From assembly GCA_945920825.1 (NCBI GenBank), contig CAMEKD010000001.1:1-53618 (forward strand): 53,618 bases of DNA, written 5' to 3'. Shown here piece by piece: positions 1-10,481 of the stretch. The DNA comes from an uncultured Anaeroplasma sp. GTDB taxonomy: Bacteria; Bacillota_I; Bacilli_A; Acholeplasmatales; Anaeroplasmataceae. Under the pieces are notes generated by a model that was not told the DNA's origin, searched no databases, and saw only the letters and a list, made by a program, of their open reading frames with translations. Position 1 is the first letter of the stretch; each line of letters begins with the position of its first letter. The position numbers and the translations under genes were made by a program.

Positions 1-77
1 CATATTTTGGTTTCAAATTGACTTTTACATGTCTGAATAATATAATTATATTATTATGTTTTAAGGGGGTAAAATCC

Positions 78-3002
78 ATGTTAAGACTAGGCTTAGATGT
101 AGGTTCTACTACAATTAAATGTGTTGTTTTAGATGAAAAGGACAATATCATTTATAAAGATTACAAAAGACATTATTCCCATATTAAGGATAATATCATT
201 GAAAAGCTTACAGAATTAAAACAAAATAAAATCATTGGTGATGAGGTAATGCTTGCTATATCCGGTTCTGCAGGAATGGGTATGGCAGAGGGTGCAAATA
301 TCCCCTTTGTCCAAGAGGTTTACGCAACTAGAATTGCAGCAAATAAGCTAATTCCTGGTACCGATTGTATCATCGAGCTTGGTGGGGAGGATGCAAAAAT
401 TCTTTTCCTAACGGATGGTATGGAGGTTAGAATGAATGGCTCCTGTGCTGGTGGTACTGGTGCATTCATTGACCAAATGGCTACACTATTAAATGTCGAT
501 ATCACAGAAATTAATGGGCTTGCTATGAATCATCAAAAGCTTTATTCTATCGCATCAAGATGTGGTGTTTTTGCAAAATCGGATATTCAGCCCCTATTAA
601 ATCAGGGTGCATCAAAATCGGATATTGCAGCCTCCATTTTCTATGCTGTAGTGAACCAAACCATTGGTGGATTGGCACAGGGTAGAGAAATTGAGGGGAA
701 GGTTGCCTATTTAGGTGGACCATTAACCTTTTTATCTGAGCTTAAGGAAGCTTTTGATAAAACATTAAATACCAAAGGTATTTGTCCTGAAAATTCCTTA
801 TATTATGTATCTATGGGAGCAGCATTTTGTGCTAAAAAACCTATCCATATAAATGATGCGTTAAAGAGATTAGTTGAATTCTCAAATAAAGCAACCTATG
901 CTTATAATTCTCCTCTTTTTGAAAATGAAGAGGAATATAATAAATTCTTAGAACGACATAATAAAGCAAGAGTGGAGACTCTTCCTTTAGAAAATTATAC
1001 TGGAAACCTATATTTAGGTATCGATTCTGGTTCTACTACTTTAAAATTTGTATTGGTCGATGAGGATGGAAATATAAGATTTGAATCCTATCAACCAAAT
1101 AAGGGGAATCCTGTATCCGTAATCAAGGATATATTTACAAATCTATATGAAAAATATCCAAATATACATATTAAAGCAAGTGCTTCTACCGGATATGGAG
1201 AGGATTTAGCTAAGAATGCATTTAAGCTTGATGGTGGTCTAGTAGAAACTATGGCCCACTATATAGCTGCTAAAAAATTCATGCCTAATGTCGATTTTAT
1301 TATCGATATTGGAGGACAGGATATTAAATGCTTTAAAATTGAGCATAATACGATCTCAAATATATTCTTAAATGAGGCTTGCTCCTCAGGATGTGGATCC
1401 TTCCTTCAAACATTTGCAAATGCATTAGGCTATAATATTGCAGATTTTGCAAAATTAGGCCTTATGGCTAAAAAGCCTGTAGACTTAGGGTCTAGATGTA
1501 CTGTTTTTATGAATTCCTCTGTCAAGCAAGCACAAAAGGATGGTGCCTCCATCGATAATATTTCAGCGGGCTTATCTATTTCTGTTGTAAAGAATGCCTT
1601 ATATAAGGTTATTCGTGCAACCAGCAAGGAATCTTTAGGTGAGCATATTGTTGTACAGGGTGGTACATTCTTAAATAAAGCTGTACTTAGAGCCTTTGAA
1701 AGAGAATTAGATTTAGAGGTTGTATGCCCAAATATAGCCGGCTTAATGGGTGCTTATGGTGCAGCATTATATGCAAAAGGATTAAATGTTTTAAATACTT
1801 CTACTATTACCAAAGAAGAATTATTTGCCTTTAAGCATGAGGTTAGAAACCTTCAATGCCAAGGATGTAATAATCACTGTCTTCTTACGATTAATGCTTT
1901 TAGAAATAACCCGAATAAATTTATTTCTGGTAATAAATGTGAAAAGCCTTTAGGAATAAAGGCTTCAAGAAAGGGTAAAAATATCTATGAGCTAAATAGA
2001 GAAATTCTATCTAGCCTAAAGCCAAAGGAAAACGCAAGGCGTGGTACAATTGCAATTCCTTTAGTATTAAATATGTATGAATTATTACCATTCTTCCATA
2101 CCTTCTTTACAGAATTAGATTTTAAAGTAATACATTCAGGATTCTCTAGTGAAAAGCTATATTCTAAGGGACAGCATACCATTCCATCGGATACGGTATG
2201 CTATCCTGCAAAGTTGGTTCATGGTCATATTGAAAAGCTTATTGATGAAGGAAATGATACCATCTTCTATCCTTGTCAATCCTATAATATTGATGAAGGC
2301 TTAGGCGATAATCATTACAATTGTCCAATTGTTGCCTATTATCCACAAAACATTGAAAATAATGTAGGTAAGATTAAAGATATTCATTTCATCGATGATT
2401 TTATTGCATTAGATGATAAGGAAATGTTTAAGGTTAAAATGAAAGAAATTTTAGATAAGCATTTCAAAAAGCTAAAGATTACGAAAAAGGAAATCTCTAT
2501 CGCAACAGATAAAGCCTATAAGGCTTATAATGATTATTTAACTAAAATAAGATCTACTGCTGTTGAATATATTACAGAAGCAAGATCTATAGGTGCAGAA
2601 ATCATTGTTTTAGCCGGAAGACCATATCACCAAGACCCACAGGTAAATCATGGAATTGATAAGCTTATTGCTGGAATGGGTGCTTATGTTGTATCTGAGG
2701 AATCTATATCTCATTTGACAAAAAAATTTAAGGTTGGTGTATTAAATCAATGGACCTACCATTCAAGATTATATTCTGCTGCAAAATATTGCACTCACGA
2801 GGATGATATGAATTTAGTTCAGCTTGTATCCTTCGGATGTGGTGTTGATGCAGTTACTACAGATGAATGTAAGGCAATACTTGAGGCAAAGGGTAAGATT
2901 TATACGCAAATCAAGATTGATGAGATCACAAATTTAGGTGCAGTAAAAATTAGACTAAGAAGCTTATTTGAGGCTTTGAAGCAAGAAAGGAAGAAAAGAT
3001 AA
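78..3002 (+). CDS. 2-hydroxyacyl-CoA dehydratase activator-type protein (two BadF/BcrA ASKHA ATPase domains plus DUF2229-like C-terminus)
   Basis: Two repeats of GxDxGSTT, (E/D)xGGxDxK and CxxGxG motifs. ATG at 78 follows the AGGGGG RBS and is preferred over TTG at 18. Confidence 0.85.
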   Translation: MLRLGLDVGSTTIKCVVLDEKDNIIYKDYKRHYSHIKDNIIEKLTELKQNKIIGDEVMLAISGSAGMGMAEGANIPFVQEVYATRIAANKLIPGTDCIIELGGEDAKILFLTDGMEVRMNGSCAGGTGAFIDQMATLLNVDITEINGLAMNHQKLYSIASRCGVFAKSDIQPLLNQGASKSDIAASIFYAVVNQTIGGLAQGREIEGKVAYLGGPLTFLSELKEAFDKTLNTKGICPENSLYYVSMGAAFCAKKPIHINDALKRLVEFSNKATYAYNSPLFENEEEYNKFLERHNKARVETLPLENYTGNLYLGIDSGSTTLKFVLVDEDGNIRFESYQPNKGNPVSVIKDIFTNLYEKYPNIHIKASASTGYGEDLAKNAFKLDGGLVETMAHYIAAKKFMPNVDFIIDIGGQDIKCFKIEHNTISNIFLNEACSSGCGSFLQTFANALGYNIADFAKLGLMAKKPVDLGSRCTVFMNSSVKQAQKDGASIDNISAGLSISVVKNALYKVIRATSKESLGEHIVVQGGTFLNKAVLRAFERELDLEVVCPNIAGLMGAYGAALYAKGLNVLNTSTITKEELFAFKHEVRNLQCQGCNNHCLLTINAFRNNPNKFISGNKCEKPLGIKASRKGKNIYELNREILSSLKPKENARRGTIAIPLVLNMYELLPFFHTFFTELDFKVIHSGFSSEKLYSKGQHTIPSDTVCYPAKLVHGHIEKLIDEGNDTIFYPCQSYNIDEGLGDNHYNCPIVAYYPQNIENNVGKIKDIHFIDDFIALDDKEMFKVKMKEILDKHFKKLKITKKEISIATDKAYKAYNDYLTKIRSTAVEYITEARSIGAEIIVLAGRPYHQDPQVNHGIDKLIAGMGAYVVSEESISHLTKKFKVGVLNQWTYHSRLYSAAKYCTHEDDMNLVQLVSFGCGVDAVTTDECKAILEAKGKIYTQIKIDEITNLGAVKIRLRSLFEALKQERKKR

Positions 3003-4285
3003 TGGAATCTATGGAAGAAAAAGAAATTGAATATCCTAAATTCAAGGAATCTATGGTTAAAACCCATACAATTTTAATTCCGAATATGCTTCCCATCCAT
3101 ATGTCTTTGTTTGAACAGGTGCTTCTTCAATCTGGCTACAAGGTTGAAATTATGAGAAATGAAGGACCTGAGGTTGTTAGCGAGGGATTAAAATACGTTC
3201 ATAATGATACCTGCTACCCTGCCTTACTCGTTATTGGTCAGTTTATTGATAATTTAAATCATAGGAATGATTTAGATAAGGTTGTATGCCTAATCACACA
3301 AACCGGTGGTGGATGTAGAGCATCCAATTATCTACATTTATTAAGAAAAGCCTTAATTAAGGCAGGCTATGGATATATTCCTGTAGTTTCTTTGAATATG
3401 AGTAATCTAGAAAAGGATTCAGGATTTAAATATACACCAAAGCTAATTTTCAAATTAGCTGCAGCCTTAACCTATGGCGATTTAATTATGTATTTAAATA
3501 ATAAATGTAGAACCTATGAAATAAAAAAGGGTGAAACAGAAAGACTAACAAAACATTGGGTTAAGGAATTATCGAATCAATTCGCAAAAGGTAAGGGTAC
3601 AAGCTATAATGCTCAAAAAAAGAATTGCTACGCCATCGCTAAATCCTATGATCAACTTGATTTAGATTTATCTCATAAAAAGCCAAAGGTAGGAATTGTA
3701 GGCGAAATCTACATCAAATATGCGGCCTTAGGTAATAATCATTTAGAGGACTTCTTAGTAAGCCAGGATGCAGAGGCAATGGTTCCTGGTTTATATGGAT
3801 TTATGCTATACTGCTTTTGGAATAATATTTATGATACAGAAATCTATGGCAGATGGAAAAAGAAAGCTTTAATCACAAAATTCCTACTTTGGTTTATGCA
3901 AAGAAGAGAAAAGATTATGATTAAATCCATGGAAAAAACCAAATTCACTCCAATGAAGCTATTTAGAGAAACAAAGGAAATGAGTGAGGGGGTCATTCAC
4001 CATGGCACTAAGATGGGTGAAGGCTGGTTACTTACTGCAGAAATGATGGAGCTTCAAGAAATTGGCTATGAAAATATCATTTGTGCACAGCCCTTTGGCT
4101 GTCTTCCGAACCATATTTGTGGTAAGGGTGTAATGAAAAAAATTAAATCCTTGCATCCAGATGCAAATATTGTTGCTATTGACTATGACCCTAGTGCTAC
4201 AAAGGTCAACCAAGAAAATCGTATTAAGCTAATGCTTGAGATTGCAAAAGAAAGAATTAAGGATGATGAAAAGGCGGAGCTTTAA
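3002..4285 (+). CDS. 2-hydroxyacyl-CoA dehydratase-associated subunit
   Basis: Motifs NDTCYPA, TGGGCRASNY, QPFGCLPNH and NQENRIKLM. Start overlaps the upstream stop (TAATG). Confidence 0.8.
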   Translation: MESMEEKEIEYPKFKESMVKTHTILIPNMLPIHMSLFEQVLLQSGYKVEIMRNEGPEVVSEGLKYVHNDTCYPALLVIGQFIDNLNHRNDLDKVVCLITQTGGGCRASNYLHLLRKALIKAGYGYIPVVSLNMSNLEKDSGFKYTPKLIFKLAAALTYGDLIMYLNNKCRTYEIKKGETERLTKHWVKELSNQFAKGKGTSYNAQKKNCYAIAKSYDQLDLDLSHKKPKVGIVGEIYIKYAALGNNHLEDFLVSQDAEAMVPGLYGFMLYCFWNNIYDTEIYGRWKKKALITKFLLWFMQRREKIMIKSMEKTKFTPMKLFRETKEMSEGVIHHGTKMGEGWLLTAEMMELQEIGYENIICAQPFGCLPNHICGKGVMKKIKSLHPDANIVAIDYDPSATKVNQENRIKLMLEIAKERIKDDEKAEL

Positions 4286-4300
4286 AAGTCCCGCCTTTTT
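4269..4300. terminator. Probable bidirectional intrinsic terminator
   Basis: AAAAGGCGG...CCGCCTTTT hairpin with A/T tails between convergent genes. Confidence 0.7.
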
Positions 4301-4361
4301 ACTTATTTTTACCGCTATTTTTCCTTCATATAGGTTATTACTACATTACAAAAAATACAAA

Positions 4362-5834
4362 TTAACCAAAAACTTTATTATATAAATCTAATCCATATGC
4401 TGTTTTTTCAGGCATTCCCTTTAAAATTCTATAGGATCTAGATCCATCCTCTTTTCTTTCTGCAACTAAGAATTCAACCTTCTTATCCAAAAAATATTTA
4501 GATGCAAAGGTATATAAATGAGATACAGAGAAAACCTCGTGGGAGTGAGAAATCAATGCATCGACAATTTGGTTATTAATCTCAGAGCCCTCACGCTCAT
4601 TTGTAGATGAGAAGGATTCATTAAATAGAATTAGTGAATATTTATCTATATGATCTATAATTTCACTAATTCTCTTAAGCTCCTCATCTAGCTTACCACT
4701 TTTAATCTTCTTATCCTCTTCCTTTTTAAAGTGTGTATAAATACCACTTCTTATTGGGAATTTAAATTCCTTAGCTGGAACGAGCATTCCAGCTTGGCCC
4801 ATCAAGGTTGCCTGGCCGAAGCTTCTTAGGAAGGTTGTCTTACCTCCACTATTCGCACCAGTAATAATATGTAGATGAATATCTTGGGCTATATTGGAAT
4901 TTGAGGTTACCTCTCTTTTCTTTTTCGATACTAAGGCTAAATCGTATAATTCTTCCCATTCTCTATCATAGGAATTCATTTCTAATACATTTGGAATAGA
5001 ATATGGCATATGAGCTAAGTTCAATTCGTAAGCCAAATTTAGATTACCAACATAAAAGGCAAGCTCACTCATAAGCATATTGAAATAGCCATCGAGATGG
5101 TTATCAGCAATAGCTAAAGCATTGGCTGCATGTACAAGCGCTAGATTCTTTCTATTTTCCAAATCCTTTTTTGCAACGTTATCATCCTCTTTAACCTTAT
5201 AGATTGGAGCTCTACTAAATAAAGTGGATTTATATTTCTTTTCATTTTCTACATGCCTTAGGGTATAATTAATACCATTTAAATGTGCACCTAGGGTTGC
5301 AGAAATCAAATAATCATCTCGGTTATTTAATTCCTTAACTAAGGCATCTACCTTAGCTAAATATTCATTGGATAATTCTTCCTTTAAATCATTAAATAAA
5401 TTGATAAAGCCTATCGATTTAAATTTATTACTATGCTTATCTGCAATTTCTCTTAAGCCCTTTAGGCCTTCAATAAAATAGGATAGATGATCCAGTGCGG
5501 ATACATAAGTATTCGATAAGGAACCAGAGCCTGAACCAAACCAATATTTTTTTATTTTATTTAATGTATCTACACAAATTTGATATAAATCTCTAACAAT
5601 TTCAGGATTATCCAAGGAATCCTTTAAAACCTCCTGGCGATACTTGATTTCATCTAAATCAAGTAATGGGCTTGCAAGAGATTTCTTTAAAACGTTATGA
5701 ATTAATGCATCCGAATCCGATGCATATTTTAAAACAGATTCTATTTCTAAATCATCTAATGTAACTATAGAATTATACATTCCATTATCATCTAAAACAA
5801 AATTCTTATCCTTAAACATTAAATATGCTTTCAT
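4362..5834 (-). CDS. MutS-family protein (ATPase domain V, no mismatch-recognition domain)
   Basis: ITGANSGGKTTFLRS Walker A, SGKLDEEL, LFNESFSSTNEREG, SHL, and C-terminal TAYGLDL. Confidence 0.85.
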   Translation of the reverse strand: MKAYLMFKDKNFVLDDNGMYNSIVTLDDLEIESVLKYASDSDALIHNVLKKSLASPLLDLDEIKYRQEVLKDSLDNPEIVRDLYQICVDTLNKIKKYWFGSGSGSLSNTYVSALDHLSYFIEGLKGLREIADKHSNKFKSIGFINLFNDLKEELSNEYLAKVDALVKELNNRDDYLISATLGAHLNGINYTLRHVENEKKYKSTLFSRAPIYKVKEDDNVAKKDLENRKNLALVHAANALAIADNHLDGYFNMLMSELAFYVGNLNLAYELNLAHMPYSIPNVLEMNSYDREWEELYDLALVSKKKREVTSNSNIAQDIHLHIITGANSGGKTTFLRSFGQATLMGQAGMLVPAKEFKFPIRSGIYTHFKKEEDKKIKSGKLDEELKRISEIIDHIDKYSLILFNESFSSTNEREGSEINNQIVDALISHSHEVFSVSHLYTFASKYFLDKKVEFLVAERKEDGSRSYRILKGMPEKTAYGLDLYNKVFG

Positions 5835-7384
5835 TTGGCAAGCCTCCTCTCTAAGTCTTCCTTAGATAGTCCATACTTCTTCGCTATATCCATCGCAAAG
5901 GCTCTACCATCTGGGGCTTTCCTTACAATTTTAAAGGTTCTTGTGTGATCCTCTTCTCCCATAACCTCAGTCATTAGGCTTACCTCGTGGCTACTTAGGG
6001 TTGCAAGCTCATCTAAGAAGGTAACCACAATCGCGATAGCACCTAAATCCTCTAAATACTTCATCATGTGAACCCCTAGCTTTACTGCATCCTCTACTGT
6101 AGTTGAGGCAAAGATTTCGTTAATTAAAATAACACTATCCTTTGTTGCAGAGCTTTTTAGCTCATATAATCTTTCAAGCTCATCCTCAAGCTTACCATTT
6201 AAGGTTTCAATGGATTCTTCAACCTCAAAATGCGTCAATACCTGATCAATTAAATAGATACATGCATCACTTCCAGGAATATCTAAGCCTAAGGAGGCTA
6301 AATAATGAGCCTGACCAAAGGCTCTAGCGAAGGTGGTTTTACCACCTTGGTTTGGACCTGTAATAACCAAAATATGCTCAGGAGAATCTAATCTTATACT
6401 ATTAGGTACAACATGACCAGATAAATTAAATGCCAGCATACAATCATAAAAATCATTGATATACATATGACCTTTATCTAAGGTAACCTTAGGAATTGTA
6501 AAGCTCATGCCGTTATTTCTTATCATTTCTGTGATTTCATACCAGGATAAATAGAACTGAATTTCCTTAGAAAATCTTAATAATACCTTATTATCAAAAT
6601 CCTTAAATTCTGTACAGAATTTTTCAAGCTCTTTAAATTCCTCATGATAAACCTTAGCCATCATAGCCATAATATTATTTTCCATATTGACATTATATGC
6701 CTCAGGCTTTAGCTTTGGTAATGGTTTACCCTTTCCTTCCTGATGAAATTTATCAAATAAAGCTGTAATCTCATCCGTTAAGCATTTTTCATCGTTGTAT
6801 TTAAAAAGGCTAATCGAGGTTCCCTTAATATATAAATTGTATTGAATTTTATTAAATATTTCCTTAACTCTTGTAACCTCATTCTTTAACCTTATAAAGA
6901 ATGGATCTTTTGCATATTCACTTATATATTCCTTAAATGAAACTAATCCCTTCGATTCAATTTGCATAGAATCAAGCTTTAAAATTAAATCATCTATAGC
7001 ACATACATATACATAGGCTGATTCTAATAGCTCTCCTCGAACCAAATAATTCTTTTCCTTTTCTAGTCTTTTTGGAAGTCCTCCTCTAATATTATCCATC
7101 TTTCTTTTTAAATATCCTGTTTTTAAAGAAAAAGTGGTAAATAAAGCACGAACATCCTCCTTAAGTAAATCCTTTAAAATGGATTGTCTATAAGAAATAA
7201 CCTCTAAATTCTTTAAAGGAGTATAGAAAAAGCCTTTTAAATCATATTCATATTTTTCTTGAAATATATAACCAAAAAGCTGATCTAAATGTAGATCCTT
7301 TAAGCTTTTAGGGGCTATTTCATTTACCTTTTCTTCTAATTCTATAGAAGGAAACAAACAGCTATAAAATTCCATAGGCATCAC
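5831..7384 (-). CDS. MutS-family protein (ATPase domain V), partner of the adjacent paralog
   Basis: ITGPNQGGKTTFARA, GKLEDEL, INEIFASTT, AFAMDIAKKYGL. ATGA overlap with the next gene. Confidence 0.85.
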   Translation of the reverse strand: MMPMEFYSCLFPSIELEEKVNEIAPKSLKDLHLDQLFGYIFQEKYEYDLKGFFYTPLKNLEVISYRQSILKDLLKEDVRALFTTFSLKTGYLKRKMDNIRGGLPKRLEKEKNYLVRGELLESAYVYVCAIDDLILKLDSMQIESKGLVSFKEYISEYAKDPFFIRLKNEVTRVKEIFNKIQYNLYIKGTSISLFKYNDEKCLTDEITALFDKFHQEGKGKPLPKLKPEAYNVNMENNIMAMMAKVYHEEFKELEKFCTEFKDFDNKVLLRFSKEIQFYLSWYEITEMIRNNGMSFTIPKVTLDKGHMYINDFYDCMLAFNLSGHVVPNSIRLDSPEHILVITGPNQGGKTTFARAFGQAHYLASLGLDIPGSDACIYLIDQVLTHFEVEESIETLNGKLEDELERLYELKSSATKDSVILINEIFASTTVEDAVKLGVHMMKYLEDLGAIAIVVTFLDELATLSSHEVSLMTEVMGEEDHTRTFKIVRKAPDGRAFAMDIAKKYGLSKEDLERRLAK

Positions 7385-8037
7385 CTTTCAATTTGAATTG
7401 GTTTTTCAACAACTAAGCCTGGCTTACCATTTTTAATTGCCTTAACTAAAAATACATTTGAATACTTTTTTTCCTTATCAAAAACAAATTTAATAATCTT
7501 AGGAATTAAGTGCTTACGTCTTAATTCCATTAAGACCTCATCTAATCTTTGGGACAAAAACAAGAAATAAAGTGTACCATTATCCTTTAAATTTCTTTCA
7601 ATAGAATCCACTAATAGCTTTAGAGTTAATTCTCCTTCATGCTTAGCGATTGCTTTAAAATTATTTAAGCCCTTATTATCCTCTTTTGTTTTGAAATAAG
7701 GAGGGTTACATATAATTACATCGACTGGATCATTTTTATAAGTAATAATATCTCCACAAATAATTTCTGCATTCTCAATATGATTTAATTCCATATTTCT
7801 TTTAGCTAAGGCAACACCCTCAGGGTTTATTTCAAGACCAATTAATTTCTTTGGGTGAAATAAATTAGCATAGAGTAATAGTGCACCCTGATTTGTTCCC
7901 ATATCTAATACAGTATCATTTCTATAAATGTTTAAGAATTCACCTAAAACATAAGTATCTGTATTAATTCTTAGCATTGTATCATCCTGATATAGTTCAA
8001 TTTCTGGATGATTGGGTAAATAATCCTTTGTAATCAT
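7381..8037 (-). CDS. tRNA1(Val) A37 N6-methyltransferase family protein (paralog)
   Basis: LDMGTNQG SAM motif, CNPPYF and AIAKHE. ATG 8037 follows the GAGGA RBS. Confidence 0.8.
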   Translation of the reverse strand: MITKDYLPNHPEIELYQDDTMLRINTDTYVLGEFLNIYRNDTVLDMGTNQGALLLYANLFHPKKLIGLEINPEGVALAKRNMELNHIENAEIICGDIITYKNDPVDVIICNPPYFKTKEDNKGLNNFKAIAKHEGELTLKLLVDSIERNLKDNGTLYFLFLSQRLDEVLMELRRKHLIPKIIKFVFDKEKKYSNVFLVKAIKNGKPGLVVEKPIQIER

Positions 8038-8445
8038 AACATCCTCTTTTAAAGCAGTATTCCTTAATATAATTTTAAGGCATAATGTCTTTTTTTTCAA
8101 ACAATATAGAAAAAAGCAATAGATTTAATCTCTTCCTGATTCATAATATTATGAATACCCGCTAGTAATTTTTCATTACTATCAAAACTAGTTTTTGAAG
8201 TACAACAAGCATAATATACATCTGCATTACTTTTCTTTACTATTTTTATAATTACGATTCTTCTTGATAAACAAATTGTCCATCATAACTATTACTCCAA
8301 TGAGAGGCATTTTCCCCATAACCCCTCGAACGTTCCTACGTATACATTTTATATAAAAATTTTAAGCTTAATAAATTAAAAAATCTTAGATTTTATTCTA
8401 AGACTTAATTAATATTTTAAAGAAACTATTAATACTCCATAAAAA

Positions 8446-8763
8446 TCATAATATGTTAATATAATTCATCATGCCATATAATATTCTTATTATTTTCACT
8501 TCTTTATTAGCATGATCAACTTCGCAAAAAGCAATATATTTATCTACTAAAATCTTCCTAATACTCTTATTGCTAATATACTCGTTGTCTAATAGTGGCG
8601 AACTATCCGGAAACATTGAAATAGTTTCAAATTTATCACTAAACTTATTTAATAATTTTACTGCGGCATCCTTATTCACTAAATCATCTATAATATAATT
8701 ATAAATATTTTCTAAATCCTCTTGAGCGTATTTTTCAATGATGATTTTATACTTATTATTCAT
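8446..8763 (-). CDS. Type II toxin, RelE/ParE family
   Basis: AQEDLENIYNYI, IRKILVDKYIAF and IIRILYG. Overlaps the antitoxin stop. Confidence 0.85.
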   Translation of the reverse strand: MNNKYKIIIEKYAQEDLENIYNYIIDDLVNKDAAVKLLNKFSDKFETISMFPDSSPLLDNEYISNKSIRKILVDKYIAFCEVDHANKEVKIIRILYGMMNYINIL

Positions 8764-9022
8764 TATCAACTAATCCTTTAATAAAAGAATTTAACTCTAC
8801 TGCTCCTTCACTTCTTTTAGGGTCATTAAGAGCTTCATTAAGTAAGATTGCAGTTTGAATTTTTGCAATTGTTTTTTCATATAATTCAACACTCATAAGG
8901 ACCATGTCACTATATCCATTTTTTGTAATGACGATAGGTGTATCACTTTCCTTACAAGTTTTAGAAATATTAGCTGTATTTTTCAATTCATTAATAGGTA
9001 ATATTTTAGGTAAAATTTGCAT
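8756..9022 (-). CDS. Type II antitoxin, Phd/YefM family
   Basis: ILPINELKN and PIVITKNGYSDMVLMSVELYE. GGAGG RBS before ATG 9022. Confidence 0.85.
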   Translation of the reverse strand: MQILPKILPINELKNTANISKTCKESDTPIVITKNGYSDMVLMSVELYEKTIAKIQTAILLNEALNDPKRSEGAVELNSFIKGLVDNE

Positions 9023-9053
9023 AAAATTTCCTCCGTAAGTCATTATATTCTTT

Positions 9054-9075
9054 TTATGGTATAATTATACCATAA
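9054..9075. promoter_or_regulatory. Perfect 22-bp palindrome over an extended -10 box; likely TA autoregulatory operator
   Basis: TTATGGTATAATTATACCATAA is self-complementary and contains TGnTATAAT on both strands, just upstream of the antitoxin. Confidence 0.65.
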
Positions 9076-9094
9076 TTATTTCCTTTATTCAATA

Positions 9095-9142
9095 TTATTG
9101 AAAGATTATCCAATGATTTTATTGAAAGATTATCCAATGATT
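9095..9142 (+). repeat. 24-bp tandem duplication at the truncation point of the DUF1016 pseudogene
   Basis: TTATTGAAAGATTATCCAATGATT x2. Confidence 0.85.
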
Positions 9143-9919
9143 TAAAAGATTATGGCAAGGGATATTCAATAACAAATTTGAAGTATATGTCTCGTTTAAC
9201 AAGTGAATTTAATCCTTTTGAATTTAGTCAGCAACCTGCTGGCCAAATACCATGGTTTTCACTAATTGAAATTGTGCAAAAATCGAAATCTCATGAAGAA
9301 ATGTTGTGGTATATTAAAGAGACTCATAAAAATGGTTGGTCAAGAAGCATGGTGTTAAATCAAATAGCTATGAAGGCCTATGAATAAGCTTAATAAATCC
9401 TACAACTACTGAAGTAATTCCTTCTAAGGATTTAACTAATGAATTATTTAAGGATACCTATGTATTTGATTTTTTAGATAAAGAAAAAATAAAAACAGAG
9501 AAAGATCTAAAAAATCAAATGATAGATAATATTATTAAGTTTTTACAAGAATTAGGCCCTGGTTTCACCTTAGCAGGTAAGGAATATAAATGAACAACTC
9601 CTGCAGGTAAAGATTTCTATATTGATTTATTGATGTATCATACAAAGATACATGCTTATGTAGTAATTGAAGTCAAGATAGTGAATTTGATCCTAGAGAT
9701 ATAGGACAATTGGTGTTTTATGTCAATGCAATAGATGATCTTGAAAAAATCGATGGTGATAATGATACTATAGGATTACTACTATGTAAGGATAGAGATA
9801 AATATGTTGCTGAAACTACATTAAAGAAGAATCATTTATCACTAGGTATATCTAAATATAAGCTAATAGAGGAATTGCCGGAATATTTAGAAAGAAAACT
9901 AAAAGAAATAAAGGGATGA
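9095..9919 (+). pseudogene. YhcG/DUF1016 PD-(D/E)XK nuclease-like pseudogene
   Basis: Fragments FIERLSNDLKDYGKGYS, QIPW, WYIKETHKNGWSRSMV, FKDTYVFDFL, FLQELGPGF, FYIDLLMYH and TIGLLLCK. Internal TAA (9385), TGA (9591), frameshifts and no 5' end. Confidence 0.8.
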
Positions 9920-9945
9920 CGAAATCATCCCAAATACTTCAAAAA

Positions 9946-10476
9946 TTATATATCAAATCTATTATCACCTTTAATTAAATCTACAAGCTCTGTAAATTTA
10001 ACTGCAAAATCTAGCATATCCTCACTAGATAATTCTAGCTTCTCGGTCATTTCATCATGAATATATTTTGCTGTAAAATAACCAACGGTTGTTCCATTTT
10101 TAATAGCAATAAATGTTGGCGATGGAATTCTTGGCATCATTGTGTTTTCTACAACAGTATCGCTTTGAATTCCAGTTTTTTCTGCAATATTAAAATATTC
10201 CATTCTATGATCTAGGCTTGTACCAGTTCTTAAATCCCCCTGGCGCCCTAGCTCATTTTCATATTTTAAATCAAAATTATAGATTACCTCTAGTCCTTTT
10301 TTCTTTGCTAGAGTATTTGCGTAAGGGACTATAATTTGAGCATTTTTACACCAAGCACCACCAAGTAATACAATACCTGTTTCAAGGTGCTCAAACATAT
10401 TCATAAATTCATCATATGTTATTTCTTTAAAGACGTTATCTCCATCTAAATTTGTATATTCTTCACTGTAAACCAT
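9946..10476 (-). CDS. Thioredoxin-like fold protein (single Cys, WCKNA)
   Basis: ITYDEF, GIVLLGGAWCKN and PTFIAIKNG pattern. Last gene of the rsmI cluster. Confidence 0.55.
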   Translation of the reverse strand: MVYSEEYTNLDGDNVFKEITYDEFMNMFEHLETGIVLLGGAWCKNAQIIVPYANTLAKKKGLEVIYNFDLKYENELGRQGDLRTGTSLDHRMEYFNIAEKTGIQSDTVVENTMMPRIPSPTFIAIKNGTTVGYFTAKYIHDEMTEKLELSSEDMLDFAVKFTELVDLIKGDNRFDI

Positions 10477-10481
10477 ATATT

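Noticed and set aside
9591-9593. In-frame TGA as evidence of genetic code 4
   Set aside because: It lies in a pseudogene that also has TAA and frameshifts. Intact genes end in TGA and use TGG for Trp.
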